Below the pieces are notes generated by a model that saw only the letters and a list, made by a program, of their open reading frames with translations, searched no databases and was not told the DNA's origin. This document shows positions 35,293 through 52,480 of a stretch of DNA of 64,000 nucleotides, one piece after another. A program made the translations under genes and the position numbers. Within the stretch, counting starts at the first letter, position 1. Every line of letters starts with the position of its first letter. Source of the DNA: Macrostomum lignano (lineage: Eukaryota); NCBI GenBank assembly GCA_002269645.1, contig NIVC01001295.1, positions 67,285 to 131,284 of the forward strand, read 5' to 3'.

Positions 35293-35453
35293 AATGTCAC
35301 GATTGCAAACTATTCATCAATTTCCATCGGCAAACCGAAATAATGAAAATCAAACTTGAAGATTTGCTTTCGGGAAAACAATTTCTTTATTTGAACGTCT
35401 TTCTTTCTAGCACGCGCTGTCATCGCTTCGTTTTCTTCCTTTCGTTTTAGAAT

Positions 35454-35513
35454 TAGCGCGCCCTGTGACGCTGACTTTTACCATCCTGACAGCGTATTTT
35501 GTTGTTGTTGTTG
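35454..35513 (+). mobile_element. RTE LINE tail (duplicate of 18526-18585)
   Basis: Perfect 12-bp TSD tcgttttagaat. Confidence 0.8.
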
Positions 35514-35653
35514 TCGTTTTAGAATGCTTATTTTGGGCAGTAGTTTGGTGGTTGTTCTTCCTCCTAAAGCAAAATATTGGCTAATTTTCAGTATATTCTT
35601 CAACCAGAAAAAGGCTGCTTCTAAAGCGTAAAAATTCGTCTGAAACGTTTACC

Positions 35654-35930
35654 CAGGAGCGGATTTAGGGGGGGCGGGGGGGACGGCCCCCCCCCCCCCC
35701 CAAAATAGCTTGACAGAACATATTGCGCCCCCCAAAAACCTGAGTTTGCGCCCCCTAAACTTGATTTTTCGCCCCCAAAAGACATTTTTTGTCGCCCCTA
35801 AGCTTGACTTTTCGCCCCATACACGCATTTTTGACGCCCCTAGCTTAAAAATTGGCGCCTCTTATACTCGTGTTGGCGCCCCAAACTTGGACCACCCCCC
35901 CCCCAAAATGAAAATCTAGATCCGCCACTG
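35654..35930. mobile_element. hAT-type MITE (duplicate of 18726-18995)
   Basis: Same TIRs and 8-bp TSD CGTTTACC. Confidence 0.9.
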
Positions 35931-36110
35931 CGTTTACCCTTTGGGCTTTTATTCTAATGAAGCGATCGTTTCTATTTTCTACACCCAAGCCAGCCTCACC
36001 CAGGGCCACCTATTCCATAGCGACGGGGCAGCAGGGAGGGCCCGGACCCCACGCCTCATCGGATGCACCACTGGGACTGACGATGTCGCTGAATAGCCTG
36101 GGATTCCAAT

Positions 36111-36831
36111 CCCAAAAAAAGGTAACACTTTGTGCGCTCACTGTGAGTGAGCAGTTAGGCCTATACCACAGTAATTTAACAGGTCCTTCCAGAGGCGAGT
36201 TATTGAGCACAGAAGTGTAGATTGGCTGGCCAATCGCTGTTAGCGGGGCCGGGGGGCTTGTCGTCGCCCGTGTTTGGGGGTGCTTGGTCCGGGGGTGGGT
36301 GCGCCGCCCCCGGGGCGGGGGTGGGTGTCTGTGGGGCCTTTTTAGCCCCGTGGGTTGTGCCTGCCTCAGGCTATCTCTCCTCGCCAGCTTGCATGCGTTT
36401 TTTTCTGCTTTTAGCCCCCTTTCTCGCAATTCCTGCAACTTCCTTTTTTCCTTTCGCTTCGTTTACCTTTTACTCTTCCAAATAGTTTTTTCGAATGCTT
36501 TCCAAATATACTCGTGTCTCGTAAATTGCCCATACAGGGCGGTAGGATGTTTTGCTCGTGCTCTCCAATCCTTGCCTTTGCTCTCTCCCTCCGGCCGTTC
36601 CGCTAAGTGTACGCTAGCTTTTCTGCCAAGCTTTGCCATACACAGCTGCCATAGACAATCTAAAAGCTAGCGTACACTTCTGTGCTCAATAACTCGCCTC
36701 TGGAGCAATTTTTCGCAACCAAATGTTTGTGGGAAAAACTTACAAATGTTTACTATGGACCTGTTAAATTACTGTGCTATATGCCTAACTGCTCACTCAC
36801 AGTGAGCGCACAAAGTGTTACCTTTTTTGGG
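36111..36831. mobile_element. Non-autonomous DNA transposon with long TIRs (CCC...GGG termini, possibly CMC/EnSpm-like)
   Basis: cccaaaaaaaggtaacactttgtgcgctcactgtgagtgagcagttaggc...aacaggtcc is mirrored at 36757-36831. A second inverted block tccagaggcgagttattgagcacagaagtgta lies further inside. No TSD. Confidence 0.8.
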
Positions 36832-37223
36832 ACACCCGTTACAGAACTGTCAATCCCGCTTGCAGAGTCAAACGGGCACCACTCAGCTATTCTTTACTAC
36901 ATCATTATAATGTATCATGCGGATTAAACTTGTGATAATCACTTGCAAAAATGTAATATCAATAGTCAATACACTTTGCATTGCGAAAATACTCTCATGC
37001 ACTACATCTACAAGCGTATTAATTATCTACAATCTTCTGAAATCTTGCATGCACGGACTGGTTGAAAAATAGGGAAGCAGCTCCGCTGGGTAGGGGAGCC
37101 GAGCCGGCTCCAAAAAAAATTTAGAGTAGGAGTTTGGGCTGTGGGGATGGAGCCCCGCTAAGACAAACTTAAAGTAAGAGTTTGGGGTGTGGGGATGGAG
37201 CCCCCGCTAAGACAAACTTAAAG

Positions 37224-37581
37224 GGGGGCCGTAGCCCAGCGGTAGCGCAGCTGCTCTGGTGTGCCAGCGACCCAGGCTCGATTCCAAGTGCAGCCACATT
37301 AATTTGGGGCTGAATTGGAATTTCGGCTTGGCTCGCCTGTGCAATTAACGGCCTTGAGAGCCAACCCCCCAAGGCGCAGTGAAGTGTACATGCCTAACAA
37401 TTGATAAAGTTAGGGCCGCTGTACACTCCTGTGTGAGTGTGTGCCTGCGTAACGTATCCGCGCGCTTGTATGCCTGCTCAGGGGAGTCGGGCGGAATGGG
37501 CAGTAATGCCTCTCGCCGGTTGTGTGCCTATGTCGCCTAAAGTGCGCCAGGGTGCACACAACCCCCCTGCCTCTAAAAAAA
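37224..37581 (+). mobile_element. tRNA-derived SINE (duplicate of 27050-27406)
   Basis: Same head, A tail and 14-bp TSD. Confidence 0.85.
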
Positions 37582-38040
37582 AGACAAACTTAAAGTAAGA
37601 GTTTGGGGGCGTGGGGTGGGGTGGAGCCCCCGCTAAGACAAACTTAAAGTAAGAGTTTGGGGGCGTAGGTTGGGGTGGAGCCCCCTCTAAGACAAACTTA
37701 AAGTACAATAAGAGTTTGGGGGCGTGGGGTGGAGTCCCCGCCAAGGCAAACTTTAAGTAAGAGTTTGGGGGCGTGGTGGTGGAGTACCCGCCAAGGCAAA
37801 CTTTAAGTAAGAGTTTGGGGGCGTTGGGGTGGAGTACCCGCCAAAGCAAACTTTAAGTAAGAGTTTGGGGGCGTGGGGGTAAAGTACCCGCCAAGGCAAA
37901 CTTTAAGTAAGAGTTTGGGGGCGTGGGGTGGAGTCCCCGCCAGGGCAAACTTTAAGTAAGAGCTTGGGAGCGTGGGGGTGGAGTACCCGCCAAGGCAAAC
38001 TTTAAATAAGAGTTGCGAGGAGTGTTGGGGCGGAGCGCAC
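37582..38040. repeat. G-rich minisatellite (duplicate, one more unit)
   Basis: Same unit as 27407-27810. Confidence 0.9.
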
Positions 38041-38558
38041 CACCAAGCCTAATTAAATTAATAGTTTTGGAGACTATATAATTCCGGTCATTACATTTGC
38101 TATTTGCTCCCACTTTAGCGGGAGCAATCTGGAATCATCTACTACTCGTAGTTTCCAAGGAAGTGAACGGACGCACGGGGTCTTGAACTCTTGCTCTCCG
38201 TTGGATGGCTTTTAGCTGTCATTTCCCTCTACTGTCGTCTCTGTTTTTCATTGTACTTTTAAAAACAAGTTCCAATTTTTTTAAAATAAAAAAGTGAAAC
38301 AATACATTAAAATGATCGTGTCTTTCTGAGCTACTTCAAGTAATGCATGCATGTTATTATTAGCTAGCTCGTATTAAAAATTGACAATTTTTTAGAACTT
38401 TTACTGACACATCATATTGTTGCTAGTATTAGTAGTATTATCTCAGTAAAACTTTTTAGTAATACGCACGTACAGCACTAGGAAAGCAATATGGCTGCTC
38501 CTTCCGGTGTGCAACAAAGCGTGATACATTGATAAAACAGGCTAACAGGTGCTATTCA

Positions 38559-38837
38559 CAGGGGTGTCGACATTGATTTTATGGTGGGGGACAAAGAAAT
38601 AAATTTTACTTGTACATGCACATGACTGAATTCCTCTATTTACATGATTTTGAGAATCGGTATTGTCAGCACTCATTTTAGCGTCACAATTGCTAAACTT
38701 TAGCGCTCTGAAACAAATCTATTGCTTTACTCAACGGGTAATAAGGTGGGGTGAGGGACAAAACATTATCATGTCCCCCATAGCTCATACTGGAGGGGGA
38801 CATCTCCCCCCTGTCCTACCCGGTGGCGACGCCCCTG
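38559..38837. mobile_element. hAT-type MITE (duplicate of 28330-28608)
   Basis: Same termini and flanks. Confidence 0.8.
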
Positions 38838-38896
38838 GCTGTTCTTAAACTTGCAATTCAGAAGATGCTAAATGTACGAGTACTAACTCCACAGTC

Positions 38897-40019
38897 CACG
38901 GAAAGGCGCTTGACTCGGTGTTGAGAGCCGCTCTCCCCTTTGTCCTTCGAGCCTACCGGGTGCCCCAGCAGCTAATCGACGCTGTCATGGCGCTGTATTG
39001 CGATACTCGAGCTGCTGTGGTGACGGCGGACGGCCTGTCTGACCTGTTCGACACTTCATCAGGAGTTCTGCAGGGAGACACTTTGGCGCCGTTCCTCTTC
39101 GTGCTGCTCCTGGACTGGGTGCTTCGGACCGCACTCCCCTCGGCTAATGACGGCTTCCTGCTGCGCAGACGCATCGGTCGCCGCCACGGCGAAAAGCGCC
39201 TAAGCGTGCTTGGCTACGCCGACGATCTCGCCCTACTGTCCTCGTCTGTTGAAGGCGCCCAGCGCCAGATCGACAGGTTGGTCGAGGTAGCATCGAGCGT
39301 CGGTCTGGTTGTCAACACGCTGAAGACCGAGGTGCTGACTGTGCCGGCCGACATCCCAGCAGACCTGACATGCCGCGGCGCAGACGGGCAGACGACCAGG
39401 CTCGCACGCTGCCAGCGGTTCACCTACCTCGGCGGTCTGGTGCTTCAAGTGGAGGAAGACCTCCGGCGGCGCAGAGGACTTGCCTGGGCGGCCTTTCGTT
39501 CGATCCGAGCCGTCCTCCAGTCTGAAGCGCTGCCCGACCGCCAGAGGGCTCGGCTGTGGCAGGCGGTGGTCGAAACAGTCCTGCTCTACAACGCCGAGAC
39601 GTGGACGCTGACGGCTACGCTGGAGCGGCAGCTGGACTCGGCGCACTCAGGGCTGCTCCGTGCGGCCTTTCGAGCTGACGAGAGCGTCGGGACCGAGGCC
39701 CTGTACGATCGGGCCAAGCTGCAGCGCCCGTCCATCATCCTGCTCCGATGGCGACTCCAACTGGCGGGCCACGTGATCCGGGCCGAGGGCTACTGCCCCC
39801 AACCTGTTCAGGACGTCCTGCTGCTCACCTTGCAGGGCCCGTTCAGGCGGGGTCAGGCCCGAACCCGTCGATACGTGGACTGCCTGCTGTGCGACGCTGG
39901 GGCGCCCGACACTGCTAACGGAGCGGACTTCGTTCGCTCCCAGGCTCTGCGGCGCGCCATCTGACGCGCCCTGCTCTAACTGACTTTGCACGCGGGGCCG
40001 CGTATTTTGTTGTTGTTGT
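38897..40019 (+). mobile_element. 5'-truncated RTE-clade LINE, uninterrupted copy
   Basis: ORF 38918..39964 with YADD and thumb motifs; (TTG)n tail; TSD acagtc. Confidence 0.9.
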
Positions 40020-40533
40020 ACAGTCGGAACACGAAAGAAGCCAGACGCGAACACAAATATGAGAGAGCGATCAAAAATGCCCCAAAGACTTGCGACAGTT
40101 AAAACCAAGGAGTTCTATAATTAGCAATCATAGATTATTAGTTTAACGCGAAGAGTATAAAAAGCGATCGCAAACAACTAAAGGAAAAGAAAAACTTGAC
40201 TAAAAGACAAGCTTGTATAAATAAGGATAAATGAGACCACAAAAGATTAAAAAAATTAAATCCAACACAGACAGACAAAGCCAACTGAATCAACGCGAAA
40301 AGGCCTTGAAATCAGATCAGGCAGATAGGCGCAAAAGGGAGGGGCACGACGGAGGGAGAGAAAGTGTACAAGGCTTGGCTCCGGAAAACAAAGCTTGGTA
40401 AAGAAATTAGAAATTTTCTAAGGTATATTTGAATGTTTAAACTCTTGCTAAATAGTTTATCGATAAATGGTTCGTTTTCAGTAAATTAGTTGTCGATGCC
40501 ATTTCTGCGCTCTTTCGTCTTCTAATTTTTGCA

Positions 40534-41683
40534 TCACAGGCTGCACGCACTCCGCAGCTGGTCGAACTGGGCCGCATCGAGGTTGCCAGTCAGCAGAGCC
40601 CAGCACTGCAGCCAGCCGTCGAACGGTTGGATTGCGGCTGACATGCAGCTGCCGATCAGAAGGTTGTTGTGAATGTTGGAAAAATTGCCTCCTCCGGAAA
40701 AAACCATCGACATATGAATAGACTTCATCATGGATCCATTGTAGTAGGCGTTGGATGAGAAGGTCATACCTACGAAGTTGATTCCAAAGCTCGTCAGCCG
40801 CTCGACTGAGTCTCCAGCACAGCCACTTGCCCAGGTCATTAAGGAACTACTGAGAGTACCAGAAGCAAACTGGACCTTAGCAGTGATGTTGCCGTCGCTT
40901 TTTATGTACAAATTAGTTGGGGTTGTTGGATTGTTGACATCGAGAAACGAGCTGATGCACTTGTCGCTGAAACATTGTGCACGGCTGATCGAATGTTCGT
41001 AAATAAATCCTTTTTTGATAGAAACCTAATTATTCAGTCATATACATAAATACTCACACAGAGTTGCAGGAAAACTTTCCCTGAAAGAACATGCTGTACT
41101 GCTTCCCAAATGCAAAGTATTTGCTGAATCCGGCAGTCGAGACTTTCACGTAGGAGCCGCTCGAGCCCTGCAGACGAACTCCATCGACTGGACTCTGCTC
41201 GGTGACGTTCACTGGTTCCGCCTGGTAAACTGATTGGTTGACGAAGTTTTTGAAGCTCTTCTTGAAGTTGTACCACAGCACGAAATTCGAGGACAAGTTC
41301 TGGATGACCGAAGCTTCCGACAGCGAGCTCGCAGGAGTGGCAGAAGTTGGCGCGCTCGGACCTACGGAGACTTCAGAAGCCAGCAGTTTTCTTCTAGTGA
41401 CCATCCGGGACCCGCAGCTCCCGGTCGATGGCGGCATCGCAGACAACCTGTAGCAGACGGCTCTGTCTGTCAGGTACACAGACAGGCGACACTTGCTGCT
41501 GATAGTGCAGAGCAGCGAGCACTCGGGCTCACTTTGGGCGGCCACAGCCTCAGCATTCACAGGCTCGGTGGGGCAGTCGCTGGTCAGCAACTCAAACACT
41601 GCGGAGACGTGCTCGAGTGCGACCGACTGGCACAGCACCAGCGAAAAGGCACAGGCAGTGAGCCAAATGACGGATGACTTCAT
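40534..41683 (-). CDS. Secreted PAN/apple + LamG/ConA-like protein, copy 4 (352 aa)
   Basis: Exon 1 41683-41058, 91-bp intron, exon 2 40966-40534. Confidence 0.85.
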
Positions 41684-42979
41684 TTTTTGATCTGCTTTAG
41701 AATTTTAGGAATGGTGTGTAGGAAGTGACGCTCCTAGGAATTTATCCAGACTTTTATCTTATTGGAAAGATATCTTGAGGGAGACAAGGAATTTTGTGTC
41801 GCATGCGATTGGAGGAGAAGTTTCGGAATTAGTGGCAGGCTTTGTGGTTGCTATGCAGGAAATCATGAAGCCATAACTCCTGACAAACTGTTTAACAATT
41901 TCCACGAGTTAGACAATTGCACGATTTCCACGAAGCCGAAGCGTTCGCTTCTTCTTTCTACTCCCAGCCAGTCTTACACAGGGCCACCCATTCAATGGAG
42001 ACGGGGGACTGTTGCAGGGATTGACAAGCAGTTTTTCACCATCATGCAGGCTGGGCCTTAGAGCCTTTGCCTCGTATGGTGCCTGTGGTCGGTTCGGTCT
42101 CCCATTCCACAATAGATTCACCCAGGCGTACAAGCGTTGCTCTAAGTCTGTATAGCCGCTGTTCTGACGATCCTACAAAGGAGCAAAACAAAGGCAAAAC
42201 ATTTGCAGAATGTACAACAAAATAACAAGTACAGAAAGCATTACACTTTGACACCCCGCCTCACCGGATGCGCCACTAGGACTACGATGTCACTGGATAG
42301 CCTGGGATTCCAACCCCTACCCGCAATTGAGTTTGCTCAACAAAACCCGGCTCAGCGCTCTGTTTAGAGAGCAAATCAAATTCCTGCAATTTTTCGAAAC
42401 TTCCGGAATCAAACGGGATGGGATTTCTGTTGATTTGGTTTCAACTCTTCCCGTTTGTGCTATGATATGGTTTCCTGCAATGTTTTGAAACCTAGTCCTT
42501 GTCAACGGAGAATAATGCAAGCTATCCAGATAGTGAGAAATATGTTTCTTTGTTTTCTATTTCCACTATGCAGCTCCTGCATTGAGTCAACAGATGGCTG
42601 TCTGAAAGCCGAAAGCCGGTCAGAATCTGTATAGAAAGTTTTCGCAAATTTTGCAAGAAATCTCTAGCCATGGTCTATTACTATGAGTCCTGATTCAGTG
42701 GAGAATGCATTGCATAACGCTTTTTTGCTAATAAGATTCCACTGTCAACTTTATTCAGCAAGAAGTAAAGGAAACGTATAAGCAATCGCATGTCGTACCC
42801 AGCCAGTAATCGGCAATAACTGTAATGTATTGTATTGTACTAATTACACTTGTGACAAACGCATGCTAAAAGTATAAAATACGCATAGTTAATACACCTT
42901 CTTGCAATGTTTGGGCTGGTGTCATGAGCATCAGTTTCCGACGATCAGCTCTGGGTCCGGTTCCGGGGTGGCTTCTAAG

Positions 42980-48588
<5,609 letters not shown>

Positions 48589-49187
48589 CGGGAGAGCTGA
48601 TTTTTGCTGAAAGCTCACTTTTTTAAACTGTTTTCTATTGTACTCGTACTATTAAGTCTCTCTGTTATCGAGTAAGTCTGCAAGACTACTCAGCATTGCT
48701 GAAATGAGTGAATTGGTTAGCGTATTTTGTTGTATCTTTGTTAATTTAAACACAAAATATCTGCTGTGTAATATCAATATAGAATGCCCATTTTGCTTTT
48801 TGTGGGGGATATTGCAGGTTTAGCAATTCAACTTGACAAGCTGCCTGTGTTGCCTAACACAGTTAAGTACGGTACACTCGGTGCGTACAGTGTCCAATCT
48901 GTCTGCGTGAGGGTTGCCGACCTGAACGGGTGTGAAGGGCGGAGCCTGTGTACATTCACAGGCGTACCCCTCGTAACGGCGGGTACAGCTGTTGACTGCA
49001 GCGGGACATGCGCCTGAGTACATTTTAGTGTACAGAGCGATAGCGACTGACTGACGCATTCTGGATTTTATATGGGGCTCTTCCACAGACCAGGGTTTGG
49101 AGTTCGAACTTTTTCACGAATCTTAACGTTGTAGCATTCAAACAATATCAGTATATAACTCGGTAGAGATGTTTCTGTATATATACA

Positions 49188-49694
49188 ACAACAACAACAA
49201 CAACAAAATACGCTGTCATGATGGTAAAAGTCAGCGTCACAGGGCGCGCTTCATGGCTTGGGCGCGAACAAAGGCCGCGCCACCGGCAGTGTCCGGGGCG
49301 CCGGCGTCAGCCAGCAGACAGTCGACATAACGCCGAGTTCGCGCTTGACCTCGCCGGTAGGGTGCCTGCAGCGTGAGCAGCAGCACCTCCTGCACCGGCT
49401 GTGGGCAGTACGACTCGGCGCGGATGAGATGGCCTGCGAGCTGGAGTCGCCGACGGCGCAGTAGATCACTTGGACGTGGCAGGCCAGCGCGGCGATAGAG
49501 TGCCGCGTTGGTGACTCGCTCGACGCCGATGTTGAAGGCAGTCCTGCAGTCCGAGGCCCTACCGGACCGCCAGAGGGCGGCGCTGTTCCAGGCGGTAATC
49601 GAGACCGTCCTGCTGTACAACGCCGAGACCTGGACGCTGACGGACTCACTCGAACAGCAAGTCGATGCGGCGCACGCTGGTCTGCTGCGCGCCG
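49188..49694 (-). mobile_element. RTE-clade LINE fragment with an inverted 5' segment
   Basis: The 3' part and (TTG)n tail are on the minus strand (49188-49539). The immediately upstream ORF part is on the plus strand (~49537-49693). 12-bp TSD tgtatatataca at 49176 and 49695. Confidence 0.9.
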
Positions 49695-49739
49695 TGTATA
49701 TATACATCATTTAAATAAACGAACTCAAAGCCAACACAC

Positions 49740-50085
49740 AGAGCTAACATCTATCTCAATGCTAGCACACCTCAGAGCTAGCATCTATCTCAATGCTAAG
49801 ATCTCAGAGCTAACATCTAACTCAATGCTAAGATCTCAGAGCTAACATTTATCTCAATGCTAAGATCTCAGAGCTAACATCTCAGAGCTAACATCTATCT
49901 CAATGCTAAGATCTCAGAGCTAAGATCTCAGAGATAAAATCTCAGAGATAACATCTCAGTGCTAAGATCTCAATGCTAAGATCTCAGAGCTAACATCTAA
50001 CTCAATGCTAAGATCTCAGAGCTAACATCTATCTCAATGCTAAGATCTCAGTGCTAAGATCTCAGTGCTAAGGTCTCAGAGCTCA
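49740..50085. repeat. Degenerate ~32-bp minisatellite
   Basis: Tandem variants of ctcagagctaacatctatctcaatgctaagat. Confidence 0.85.
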
Positions 50086-50840
50086 ACTGAATACATTGAT
50101 TTGAGCAATGACTAACCTGCAAAGCCAGTACTATTGACAATGTTAACCGGCATTTATTCATAGGTTTGTTTAATACAGCATAAAAGTTAAACAAAGCCAA
50201 CAATATCAAAACACGCGCATCGCAAGTTACTCAACTGAGGCGAGCATCAGCTGCTTACCCAAGGCTCATGTGAGCTCAGCTCGTTAAAACGTGCAGACCT
50301 CAGACGCAGTTATGGGTGGCAGGGCCGGCTGGTTGCAATGCGGGGTTATTTGACCGTGGCCGAATGGACAGCAAGGCGTATTTGGCTTCGTTTCTCGTTT
50401 GAAACTTTCAGCAGAATCAATTCAAGGCCAAGCAATTAGCTACAGCGTGACCAACAACCCCTATTTAACCCCGCAACTGTTTTTCGTTTTCAAAGCCGCT
50501 CTGTCTGCCCCTGCCCTGCTGGGACTGCGGGCTGGCGGGGGGGCGGCGAGATGCACACCGACTAAGGGAAAGAAGGCTTTGCTAGCTGCACGGCTTTTCC
50601 AAATTGCAGGGTAGAGAGAGAGAGCGGGTGGCTTGGAGGCTCCTGCTCATGGAGCAGAGACAGAGTTGAGCTCAGCCACCCCGCTTTCAGTGCAGAGGGC
50701 TGTCAGCTCTTAAAAAAAAGACTCGAGAAAACAGCTATAGAAGTTTCCAGAATAACAAGCCGCGGCCTTAAAACTGACTCTATTTGAAATAAATTGAATC
50801 AGCAAAATTCAACAAAGCCTGCAAGCATCCGCTGGCAATC

Positions 50841-51775
50841 ATGAGACTCATTGTGCCAATAGTACTGCTGTTTGTGCTGGTTGCTGTGACCTGTGTCGGC
50901 GCTGAGCAAAGGTGAGGCTTCTGGTTCTTGCTTCTCGTGACGTGTGGTCGGCGCGGAGCTTGTCGTTATTACGTATTTTAAACGTAATAATAGTGGTGTC
51001 GCAGACCTTAAGAATTTGGTGGCAGACACTGAAGGACCGTGAGAGTTTGGTGGCGGACACTAGGACCGTGAGAGTTTGGTGGCAGACTTTGAAGGACCGT
51101 GAGAGTTTGGTGGCAGACACCGAAGGACCGTGACAGTTTGGTGGCAGACCACTTAGGGAACATGAGAGTTTAGTGGCAGACACTGAAGGACCGTGAGAGT
51201 TTGGTGGCAGACACTGAAGGACCGTGAGAGTTTGGTGGCAGACACTGAAAAACCGTGAGAGTTTGGTGGCAGACACTGAAAAACCGTGTGAGAGTTTGGT
51301 GGCAGACACTGAAGAACCGTGCGAGTTTGGTGGCAAACTTTGAAGGACCGTGAGAGTTTGGTGGCAGACACTGAAGAACCGTGAGAGTTTGGTGGCAGAC
51401 ACTGAAGGACCGTGGGAGTTTGGTGGCAGACACTGAAGGACCGTGAGAGTGGGTTCCTCAAGGATACAGGCAGTGCATGCACGATCCTGCATTGGTTTCC
51501 CCTCATTGGCTCGCAGGTGCAAGAAGCACGCGGACTGCCAGCGCTCGCACCACTGCACCCGAGTCGGCGGCAGCTTGGTGTGCCGCCAGCACTGCAAAAT
51601 CTGCCGGGTCTGCTCGGGCTCCAGCGTGAGTCGCAGCGGAGAAGCCAGCGGCGGCAGCTACAGCTACTCCAGCAGCAGCGGGTCCTCGAGGAGCTGCGCA
51701 AGCTGCTCTAGCGAGTTCACCTGCGACCCGGACGGCTCCTGTGAGAAGCCGGAGCCGTGCGACGTGGATGTGTGA
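50841..51775 (+). CDS. Small secreted cysteine-rich protein (109 aa, 2 exons, 12 Cys in the mature part)
   Basis: Exon 1 50841-50911 encodes the signal peptide MRLIVPIVLLFVLVAVTCVGAEQ, with donor GTGAGG. Exon 2 51517-51775 follows the acceptor tcgcag. The phase-2 join is in frame. Confidence 0.75.
51010..51447. repeat. 31-bp intronic minisatellite, about 14 copies
   Basis: Unit gagagtttggtggcagacactgaaggaccgt. Confidence 0.95.
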
Positions 51776-52123
51776 GGAAAGCCGCCTGCCCTGGCGCTGA
51801 AATTTGACCTTGAAAAGTACTTTTACTACAGCTGGTGATCGGCCCTGCCCTCTAAGTTTGAGTAATAAGTTCACGATTTGCTCGAGATTTTAAAATCCCA
51901 AGCGGAAATGGGTTTCATTCCTGCACTAACAATACTGTTTACAACCTTACATACCAATTATCCAAGCTGAGTATTCTAAATACAAAATTTTAAGTTTTAA
52001 CACGGCTCATCTTTAATAACTGCTTATTAGTTGCTTGTTTCATCATCTTCGTTTTAAAAAATGTTGAGAATCGAATAATATTAAGCCAAGCAGACAACAG
52101 CGTACAAGACTCGGGAGAGCACA

Positions 52124-52480
52124 CAGGGGCATCGCCATGGATTTTATGGTGAGGGGAGACAAAGCCAAGATTTCTACATGTACATGTACATGACTAAATT
52201 CCTATATGTACATTCTTTTCAGAATCGGTGTTTTCAGCGATCATTTTTGGCGCCGCAGGCACTCATTTTTGCGCCGCAGGCACTCATTTTGGCGCCGCAG
52301 GCACTCATTTTGGCGCCGCAGGCGCTCATGTTTTGTCACCCTGAAGCAAAGTTATTAATTTACATAGCAGATCAACATGTGGGGTAAGGGCGACAAAGCG
52401 TTGACATATCCCCCATAACTTTTACTGGGGCGGGCATGTGCCCCCTGTCCCTGTCCCCCCCTCCGGTGGTGACGCCCCTG
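52124..52480. mobile_element. hAT-type MITE (CAGGGG family) with an internal 21-bp repeat
   Basis: Termini CAGGGGCATCGCCA...GGTGACGCCCCTG; related to 17638 and 28330. Confidence 0.75.

Noticed and set aside
35293-35450. C-terminal part of ORF 34578..35450
   Set aside because: Read-through from the truncated RT into host flank identical to 18365-18520.
26705-41057. Duplication as a pure assembly artefact
   Set aside because: The copies differ by scattered SNPs, repeat-unit counts and independent TSD-flanked insertions. Stitching of two haplotypes cannot be fully excluded without long reads.
10408-41677. Alternative-frame and antisense ORFs over the four paralogs and over the LINE, RTE and DIRS ORFs
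   Set aside because: Shadows of GC-rich coding sequence. They recur only because the underlying genes are duplicated.
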